A stretch of 64,000 bases of DNA from the IMG/VR virus record IMGVR_UViG_3300036832_001166, positions 61,433-125,432 of that record. One strand, 5' to 3'. A model generated the notes under the pieces. The model was not told where the DNA came from, did no database searches, and saw only the letters and a list, made by a program, of their open reading frames with translations. How positions within the stretch are numbered: position 1 is the stretch's first letter; the number at the start of each line of letters is the position of its first letter. This DNA comes from a virus. A program made the translations under genes and the position numbers. Shown piece by piece: positions 55,211-64,000 of this stretch.

Positions 55211-58200
55211 TGGACGAACCGAAAGACCAGCTCGCCGTCATGCGCGCCCAGCTTGACCAGATGATCGCGCTCATGCCCGAGATCGCGCACACCGCGCAAG
55301 CCTGGTACGCCGCGTTCCTGGCCGAAGGGTTCGCCGACCGCCAAGCGCTCTACCTCACCGCCGCGGAGATCCTCCAGAACCCCGGCTCTGCGCCCTGATG
55401 GCCGACGTCGCCGCTCTCTCCGACGTCGAGTTCGACCGCTACGTCCAAGAGAAGGCCCACGCGCACCTGGAGGCCTGCCTGGAAGCCGAAGACGACCCGG
55501 GCGCTGTCAGCCCCGCGTACGGCCCGTTTGACGGCTGCTACACCTGCATCGTCCGCGAAGTGCTGATGGTCGTCTGGGACGAGATGTGGGCGCGCGCCCA
55601 GGCCGACGCCCGCCGGGCACTCGACACGAGCTAACCGAAAAGCTCGCAACGTGCGGTAAGACGCCGCGGCGCCGTCTCAACCGATGGCGTACGATGCGCG
55701 CGATGCCGCTGGCAAGGATGATCGACAAGTCCGAGGGTGAGCCCACCGACCGGCTCGGCCGGATCGCGGCGGCGATGCTCAAGGCGGGCGAGGATCACGT
55801 CGAGTCCCGAGTGGACGACAAGGCGATCATCATGCTCGACGACAGCGACGACCACGGCATGGTCGCTCACGGCGGCTACACCGAGGACGAGAGCGCCGCC
55901 GCGTTCGTGAACATGCTCGCGCACCTCACCATGCTCGCGCAGGCGAACGGCATGCAGCTCGACGTCATCCCGATGGCCGAACCACCCGGACAGGGATGAC
56001 CGAGCCCGAGATCGACGTGACCGAATGGGAAGCATTCCTCGATGAGGCGCTCCGGATCCCCGAGTCCGCCGCCGACAAGGACCGCCGCCTGCGCCAGCTC
56101 CAACGCGACATGCTCACCGCCAACCTCCCGCCCGGCGGCGACGCGCTGATCGCCCGCACCGAAACCGCGATCATGGCCCTGGAGCAGACGCAGTGACCGC
56201 CTGCGAACACTGCGGCGTCGACGACGCGCTCGGCCGCCACGACCCCGCCTGCCCGCACGCGCTCGCCATCGACCTGCCCCGACTCGCCGAAGGCGAAGAG
56301 CCGATCGCGCCGCACGAAGACGACGACCCGCTCGCCGAATCCGGCTACGACGGCCCACCCTCCGACGAGGTGTCACCCAACCATCCCGCCTACCTGATCC
56401 GCGACGAGCCCGGCAACATCCAACGCGCACCCAACCCCGACGCCGGGCTGTACACCGGCCTGTGGATCTCCTACCGCGGCGAACGCGACGACGGCAAGTT
56501 CGACGCCGTCATCTTCGCGTCCGAGCTGGACGCGCTCCGCCACGCCGTCCGCGAGGGCTACAACGTCCACCCGCTGGAACTCGGCCGCAGCCTCCGCCAG
56601 CAACTCCAAGCCGCCGAATGACCAACCACGCATGCCCGCACTGCAAAGACACCGGCATCGAACCCGGAACCATCGTCATCTCACCCGGGAAGGGATACGG
56701 CTTCAACTCGCTCGACCCCGACCCGCTGAACCGCGGCAGCTATGTGCCATGCAAACAGTGCGGCGGCGGCGTCAACGCCGACCAGACGATCCGCGAGCGA
56801 AACGCCGAATGAGCCGAACCCCCGACAGCCCGCGCTGGTGCGACAAATGCCAAGCATGGGGCGACCATCACACCGACCGTCACCCCGACGCGCGGCAAGC
56901 CATGACCGTCGCCGTCCGCATCGAACAGCACCCGCGCGTCACCGTCGCCGTCCGCATCGACCCGCGCCTGGTAGACCGCGCCAACGCCTACGGTGCCGAG
57001 CACGGACTGAAGCTCCGCCAAGTCATCGAACTCGCCCTGGCCGAAAAGTTCGCTGTTCCGCCCGCGCTCGAAGGCCACGAGATCGGCCTGACCCTCTGCC
57101 CCGCTTGTGAGCAGGCGATCATCGCCCAAGGCCGCTGCGAAGCGTGCAACTGGCACGTCTATCCGCGCCCGTGGAAGCCGAAACGCGGCACGCGCGCGCG
57201 ACAAAGCATGAGCACACAACAAAAGGCCAGCAAACTGCGATGAGCACCCTCGTCATAGCACTCATCTGGAGCCTAGCCTTCCTCGCTGTGATCATGCTCG
57301 TCCGCCGCATCCGCCGCAACAAACGCCGCCGCCCCGTCTGCATCACCGAATGGCAAGCCCGCCAAAACGCCGCGCCGCTCACCAACGCGTTCATCGCCCG
57401 CCACACCCGCACCGACTACCCGCCACCCGAACCATGATGACCCCCGCCGCCCGCAAGAAACCCGCCAAGACCGAACCCGCCAAACCCCAACCACCACGCC
57501 CCGACAGCACCGACAACTACCCCGGCGCGCCCACCAACCCCACCGCCCGCCTCGCCTACATCCGCCGCCGCAACGCGCTCATCCAAGGCGTCGACCCCGA
57601 CACCTACATGGACCTCATCCAAGACCAAGACCGACGCCGCGCCACCATCGCCCAACGAGACCCGACCGGAGCCCGCAACCACACATGACCCCACCGTTCA
57701 AAGTCATCTGCACCGTCAGCATCGCCTTCGACACCCCGAGCTACCAGAACGCAGGCGAGAAGCTCGACCAGATCGACCGCAAGCTCACCAAGATCCTCGA
57801 CGGCCACGGCCACCACGAGATCACCAGCTTCCAGACCCGCCCATGCAACGCCGTCAAGTTCGACCGCTACGTCAACGACAGCCAGGAGGCGATGGCCATG
57901 CCCGAGCCCGAGCCGATGACGTCCCTGGCCGAGCCCTACCCCCGATGAGCCACCCCAACGACCCGATCCACCGGCTGATCGGCAACAACAGCGCGCAGGA
58001 CTGGGCCCGAGCGTTCATCGACATGCTCACCGAACAGGAAGGCGAAGGCGCGCAGCTCCCCGTCGACGAAGGCACCATGATCGGCTGGTTCGCGAACGCG
58101 ATCATGACCGGCTACGACGCAGGCGCCGAACACGAACGCAAACGCCCGATCGACGACAAGATCCGCGAGATCGCGTTCATGGCTGCAGGCGCCGCCACCG

Positions 58201-60135
58201 TCCCGTTCATGGAAGACCACCCCCACGACGTCATGCCCTCCCAACGCGTCAGCGAAGGCGTCGACCGAGTCCTCGCCGAGTTCGGGATCGCACCCGACCC
58301 GCCCGAAGTCATACCCCCACCCGCCGAACCGCTCGCCCGCGCCGTGCATGATGAGATGGCGCCACCCGACCCCAAGCACTCCGCCTACCACAACCCCGCC
58401 GCATGACCGCCCTCCGCCACGGCGCCGTCGACCCGCACGAACACCGGTGGACCATCGCCGTCCACCTCGACGGCTGCCACTACTACACCAGCACCTACAC
58501 CTGCCCGTGCGGAGCCACCGCATCCAGCACCCGCGAACGCGACCCCACCGAAGACCCGTACTCGCTCGTCTGGATGGAACCGCCCGTCATCCGCGTCAAC
58601 CGCGACGAACGAGGCCGGTACTGCACGCCCCGCTGGGTTGAACGCCCGTGTGAACGTTGCCAGGCGTTGCAGAAAGGCGCCCAACCCAAGTTCGATCTTG
58701 TCATCACCGACAACCGCGGCAACGTGCTCAAGGAAGAGCGCCGGTGACGCTCGCGATCATGGCCGTCTTCACCACCATCATCGCCACGCAATCGCTGATC
58801 ATCGCGCGCCGCCACCGCCGGATCCGCCGGACGCTCGACCACATCGACCACACCCTCGACCAGATCGAAGCATGACCACCAACCCGGTCACCCTGACCAT
58901 CGGCGAACCCGGCCACTCCGACCTCGTCCTCTACGAGCTGGAGCACGCCGCCCGCACGCTCGGCCTCACCACCCAAGACGCCGCCGTCTGGCTGATCGGC
59001 ATGGGGCTCGGCGTCGCGTACGAGACCGGCATGCTCACGCGTCTCAGCCCCTCCGGCGTCGGGCTCGACCCTGACTGGCGGCCACCCCGCGAACCGAACC
59101 GAGGCTGATGACCATGACTGTGGGGCGCACAGGGGGTGCGGGCGGCGTCACCGAAGACGCCGCCCGCTACGACACCCGGCCGTGTGCTCCCAGCCGGGCA
59201 CCCGAAGTATCACCCCGCCCGAGCCGGTACCCGCAATGGAAGATCGACCTGTTCCGCGCCTGGCAGGCCGAACGCCAACGCAACTATCAGCGCATCCGAG
59301 ACCCGGGCGCATGAGCGCAGGCCGGATCTGCCCGTGCGGAGCCACGCTCCTGACCCGCGCCGAGTGTCTCGCCAGCGACGACGAACTTCTCCGGCACGTC
59401 GGCGAGGCGTACCTGGGTGACGAGGACGGCTTCTGCGTCGAGGAGGACGACGTTGTGCCGCTCGCATGGTCGTTCGGGACCGAGGCCGAGCGCCAGCAAC
59501 GGATGCGGCCAAGCGAGGGATTCTGATTGCGCCACCTCCAGCGGCGCACATCCGAGTTCAACTCGACTCCGCTGGCGGCGCGCGTCATCGCGGTCCTGCT
59601 GGTGACCGCCGCGATTCTCGCCGTTGCTGTCGTCGTCATCACCGCCACTCGATGACCCCGCATCCACCGCCATCACCCGGACCGCCGCCGCCGCGCATGC
59701 CGCCCGGCGGACTGCCGAGGTCACCCGCGGAGGAGCGCGACAGGGCGTACCGCGACTGCGCGCTCGCCGCCGCTGACCTCGCCAATGCGCTCACCGACGT
59801 GCTCCGCGGCGAGCTGCCCGAAGCGATCGCCGAAGCGCTGCGAGTGTGGACGTCCAACCACGACCGACGAACGAATGGCTGACGCCTGCACCGCCTGCGG
59901 CTGCAGGCTCGTGTGGGCGCTCACCCCGACCGGCGCTCGCGCACCGATCGAACGCGACCCGAGCCCGGCCGGGAACGTGCTGATCCTCGACGTCTCCCAC
60001 ATCGGGCTGATGGCCGTCACGCTCAGTAAGGAAGGGCTGCAGCTCGTGCGCGACCACGGGCTCCCGCTCCGCCTCAATCACTTCGCTTCCTGCCCGGAGA
60101 AGGAGCAGTTCCGCCGCCAGAAAGCTCCGGCGTGA
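55210..60135 (+). other. About 18 small hypothetical genes (e.g. 55210-55398, 55398-55634, ~55703-55999, 55996-56196, 56193-56621, 56618-56812, 57240-57437, 57434-57688, 57685-57948, 57945-58406, 58403-58747, 58744-58875, 58872-59108, 59108-59314, 59311-59526, 59652-59882, 59875-60135)
   Basis: Chain of coupled ORFs on +; the long minus-strand ORFs here are shadows. Confidence 0.65.
56809..57243 (+). CDS. Ribbon-helix-helix-like DNA-binding protein with Zn motifs
   Basis: TVAVRIDPRLVDRANAYGAEHGLKLRQVIELAL (RHH pattern); WCDKC and CPAC...CEAC. Confidence 0.5.
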   Translation: MSRTPDSPRWCDKCQAWGDHHTDRHPDARQAMTVAVRIEQHPRVTVAVRIDPRLVDRANAYGAEHGLKLRQVIELALAEKFAVPPALEGHEIGLTLCPACEQAIIAQGRCEACNWHVYPRPWKPKRGTRARQSMSTQQKASKLR

Positions 60136-60212
60136 ACTGGCAGGGCTGGGCGTTCCTGGCGCTGCTGGCAGCGCTGCTGGGGCTCGGCTATTGGTACTGG
60201 TACAACAGCCGC

Positions 60213-60231
60213 TAGCGCGCATCTTGTGGTA
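60213..60231 (+). promoter_or_regulatory. Degenerate operator/-10 promoter
   Basis: TAGCGCGC-ATC-TTGTGGTA + CCCT; CGACCGAGGAG at 60358. Confidence 0.4.
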
Positions 60232-60373
60232 CCCTGAGCGGGACCAGAGGCGGCGGCCGTTGTGGCGCGCGGACGGACCAGGACAGCTCGGCTGCCCCAC
60301 CGGCCGGGCTCGACCGTCCGCGACCCCCGCCGATCCCGCGGCCGCCGCTCTGGCAATCGACCGAGGAGACCGC

Positions 60374-62898
60374 ATGACCGACCCGTTGAGCCGCGAGAAG
60401 CTGTACCTGTGGGCGCTGCTACGCATCGCCAGAGGCGACGCGACCGGCGACCCGGAGCTGGACGCGGCCGGGTTCAGCAAGCCGGTCACCGCTCCTGTAG
60501 CGCTGGCTGAGGCGGCGCTCCACGGCGAGGAGGAGATCGTCACCGAGACCTGTCCCGTAGGCCTTGACCGCGCGATGATCGTCTACTCGCCATGAAGGGC
60601 TCACGGCTCGGCGCTCCGCAAGCCAGCCTCAAACGCGGGCAGCGCGTGACCGTTACTGCTGACTGCTACGTGCGGCTGCCGCGAGACAGCACCGGCACCG
60701 TGACCGACGCATGGCCGGGAGAGTCGATCGTCCGCTTCGACGTCGACGGCTCCCGGCGGCTGATCATCAACCGCAACCTGAGGCATGCGCGATGACCGAC
60801 GAGCCGCTACTGCGCGAGGCGCTGGAGCGCATCGTGCGCGAGGACCACGAGGGTGGAGCGGGCTGGATGGCGGAGATCGCGCAGGCGGCGCTTGACGCAG
60901 GCGGACGCATGACCGACCGCGAGCAGATCGCCGCGATCCTCGACCGCGCGGGCGTCGTGTTCACCACCGACGAGGAGAGCGGCGAGGTGTCCTACGGCTA
61001 CGACAAGGCTCACGCCTACGCGTCGACGCTGACCGTGGAGGAGTCGCATCTCGACCGGACACGGCAGCCACTCCTCCGCGAGCACACGCGCAACATCGGC
61101 TACACCGGTTTCATGACGATCTTCTACTTCGACCCGGCCGGGATGCTCGTCTGCATGGGAGCGTGGGAGTGACCGCCCGCGAGCTGATCGCACGGCTCCA
61201 ACAGGGGGATCTCGACGTGGCGGTGAACTTCGGCTACGAGGGCGTGTTCGAGGAGGTGGCCCGCGTCGAGCGGATCTCTGACACGAGCGCGTGGGCGGGC
61301 GAGATCCTGCTGCTGGGCGATGACGGGTCGGGGCTGACCGAACGGGAGCGCCTGGTGCTCGCCTGGAACAAGGGCCCGGAGGAGTGGTATGCCGAGTACG
61401 GCGGCCAGTACGGCGCGGAGCTGGTCGACGCCCAGCGCAAGCGCGCCGCTCACAAGGACGGCCCGTGAGCCCGGTCCTGCCGGTCACCATCGGCACCGCC
61501 AGCGGCGACTGGGCGCCCCCGAAGCTGGTGGCGTTTGAGCTGACCGACAACCTGAACATCGTCAACGCCGACGAGATCCGCTGGACGATCCAGAAGGCGA
61601 CACGGATTCGCTACGCCGCCATCTTTGTCCGCGGCGGCTGGTACGTGGCGTGGTCCGTTGACGTGCCCGTCGGGCGCGGCCAGGATGTCGTGCTCGCCGC
61701 CCGGGAGATGAGCATCGACGTCGAGATGCCGCCGGAGCGCGTCTCGCCTCCCGAGCGGCCGTCCCTGAATCCGGGGCAGGAACAGCTCCAGCGGGGCGCG
61801 GCATGATCGAGACCGTCATCCCCGTCATCGTCGCGACCGTCATCGGCTACCTGGCGGGCGTCCGCGCTGCCCGCCGCGCGATCCGCGACGCGTTCCGCCA
61901 GCTCGACGAGCATCAACGCGAACGCGCGCATGAGCGGATGCGTCCGTACCCGTTCACCGAGCCGCGGATCGTTGCTGCGCACGGCAACCCGTTCGCGCCG
62001 GTCGGGACGATCGCTGCGAAGGAGGTGATCGGCGACACCGCGCTGACCCTGCCCGTTGATGGGTCGTCGTTTGACCCGGACCGGTACCCCGACCTGGCTG
62101 TCGCGCTGGAGCCGCTCGGCCTGCCGCGCGGGCAGCTCCCGGATCTCCGCGGCCGCGCAGTCCGACCGATGAACAACCACGCGAGGAGACGGCGATGACC
62201 ACCGACGCTGAGAGCATCGACCCGGACGAGCACATCGACCCGGATGACCCGCGCTACGACGGCTTCCGGATCCGGGAGATCTGGGCCGCGACCGCGATCG
62301 CCCCGGATAACCAGGAGGCGATGCTGTGGGTCGACCACCACGACGCTGTCAAGCATCACGTCGCGGTCGGGCCCGCGTTCGCGGCGGATCGGCGGCGCCT
62401 GAATCATCTCCGCGCGTACGCGCAGGAGCAGGCGACCCTCCATGAGATCGAGGTGCGGATCCGGCATTTCGGGCCGCTGGCGGATGACGGTGAGGTGATC
62501 TCGCCGTGACTGGCGGCGAGCTGCTGGAAAGCATCGACCAGGCCGTCCGGATGATCGTCGAGCTGGACATGCCCGACCTGCCTGAGGACACGCGCGAGAT
62601 GCTGATCGGGCACTTGACCGGCGCCGTGTTCGTGACCGTCGACCCGGACTTGAACAGCGGGCCGCGCCGCGATACCGAGCTGTGGCTGCAGAGCTTCAGC
62701 CCGAACATGCGCGCGTGGGTTCTCGCGAGCTTCCCGGATGAGCTGGTCGGCAGTCCGCTGCTGGCAGCGCTGATCGAGCGGGAGGGCGGCCGGATGCAGA
62801 CGCCGGAGGTGGCCGCGGCGATCATCGCGGCGATCCTGCAGGCGGACGCGGAGACGGGGGCGTCGCCGCTGCCCGGCGATCCCGACCAGCCGTTCTGA
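60374..62898 (+). other. Small hypothetical genes (60374-60595, 60592-60795, 60792-61172, 61169-61468, 61465-61806, 61803-62198, 62195-62509, 62506-62898)
   Basis: ATGA/GTGA coupling throughout. Confidence 0.7.
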
Positions 62899-63171
62899 GG
62901 CCGCGTCGTTGGGGGGCTGAGAGGACTCCGCCGTGGGTCAGATGGGTGATTGTGACGAGGCACCCGTCTTTATTGTGGGCTCGCGGCGGGGTCCTCTGAG
63001 TCTCTCAAGGCTTGACGCTGGGTCTACGATTCGGCGCGAGATCGCCGCAAGGCTGGCGCGAGATCCCCGCCCGCAGCTCTGTTCGCTGGTACGAGGCCGG
63101 TTCATCTGAAGCGAAGGCCCTCCCACCCGCCGAGCGAAGGTCTCCCATCACGAATAGACCCCTCTCGCGGA

Positions 63172-63190
63172 TAGCGCATGACGTGTGCTA
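63172..63190 (+). promoter_or_regulatory. Operator/extended -10 promoter
   Basis: TAGCGCAT-GAC-GTGTGCTA + GACT; CCGACCGAGGAG at 63224-63235. Confidence 0.75.
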
Positions 63191-63321
63191 GACTGTGGGT
63201 GTGAGGCGATTGCCTCGCGATTCCCGACCGAGAGGAGCGCTGTGCCACCGAGACCGACGTCGCCTGCGCCGTCCGGCAGCAACCAGCCGAACCCGCACAC
63301 GTGGGACGGGAGCTGGGCGCG

Positions 63322-64000
63322 ATGACGAGATACGAGCGGGTCACCTACCGGCCTGCGGGCGCGACGCGCTCACAGACGGTCATTCTCCGCGACGTGCGCG
63401 AGCTGGACGCGATCCCTGCGATCACCGGCATCGAGGTCGACCGCCACGGCGATGACGTCGCTCCGCGCGGCGTTGACGAGCGGCGGCACATCATCGCGAT
63501 GGAGCTGATCTCCCGGCGCCGAGAGCTGCGCTGGGACCTGCACTACGGGGTGCTGGCATGACCCTGGAGACGATGACGTTCACGGCGTGGGAGCTGATCG
63601 GCTTCGACGGCACCACCGAGGTGATCGACCGGCTGTGGCTCCGCAACTCAAGCTACGCCGAGCCGGGCTACGAGGCCGAGGGCGCGAGCGTCCGGATCCG
63701 CGGCGGCCGCGCCTTGTATGAGGCGGTCGGCAACGACGGCGGCGAGCTGGTCCGGCTGACCAGACTGGCGATCGGCGGGCCGGAGGGCCTGCGCGTGGTC
63801 GTGCGCTACGTCGACCCGGACACTGAGCTTGAGGTGATCGTCGATGAGCATTGAGATTCGTCCCGGACCGGACGGCGGCTGGAGCTGGTCCGTGATCGAC
63901 GACGGAGACTTTGAGCTGGCTCGTGGCTGGGCGCGGACCTGGGCCCGGGCTCAAAGCGAGGCGATTGACGCTCGCGCCGATCTCATCGCTCACGCTCCGA
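63322..64000 (+). other. Small hypothetical genes (63322-63561, 63558-63854, 63844 to the window end, partial)
   Basis: Coupled ORFs downstream of the operator-promoter. Confidence 0.65.

Noticed and set aside
54792-56960. Short tandem duplications (9-bp CGCAGGCTA x2-3 near 54792; 20-bp ACCGTCGCCGTCCGCATCGA x2 near 56904 and 56940)
   Set aside because: They are in-frame coding duplications (AQATQATQA; TVAVRI x2) with no sign of a separate function.
1-64000. tRNA, rRNA, integrase/att site, transposase, major capsid, sheath genes
   Set aside because: No cloverleaf or T-loop signature, recombinase or capsid motifs were recognised by eye. They may lie outside the window, and a tRNAscan/HMM run is needed to exclude them.

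Overview
This is a 64 kb segment of a high-GC (roughly 70% by eye) tailed phage or prophage with a contractile, myovirus-type tail. The host is probably an actinomycete (inference). Gene order: tape measure, baseplate and tail fibres (1-13.5 kb); Bet/exonuclease recombination and primase-helicase (13.6-18.6 kb); a regulatory/accessory region (18.8-27 kb); terminase (27-30 kb); an HNH-flanked block of about 35 small genes including ardA (30-41 kb); portal; an inverted secreted-protein moron; MuF-linked effector polyproteins (45-53 kb); lysis genes; then many small hypothetical genes. No major capsid protein, prohead protease, sheath, integrase or tRNA gene was recognised in the window. There are three standout signals. 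(1) A solitary RAMP/Cas7-like gene (21153-21869) is directly followed by two non-coding arrays of phased GGY-NN pentamers, each closed by a stem-loop. Two more arrays of the same design lie elsewhere: a stand-alone one with its own promoter (18863-18967) and one embedded antisense and in frame inside the CCA-adding-enzyme gene (49003-49082). This looks like a CRISPR-less RNA-guided system with a non-contiguous dinucleotide code, matching what I recall of recently reported VIPR-type systems (to be verified). (2) Three head-region ORFs are cut into enzyme modules by a repeated (L/M)xE(A/S)...LHPRxRxGxW linker. The modules are three zincin peptidases, a GNAT, a CCA-adding enzyme with HD domain, a (p)ppGpp-hydrolase-like HD domain and a glycosylase-like domain, which suggests a virion-packaged, protease-processed counter-defence payload. 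(3) About 16 copies of a 19-bp palindromic operator fused to extended -10 promoters, and about 19 copies of a CCGACCGAGGAG start-associated sequence, define a genome-wide regulon. All calls are from reading the sequence by eye; no database searches were run.
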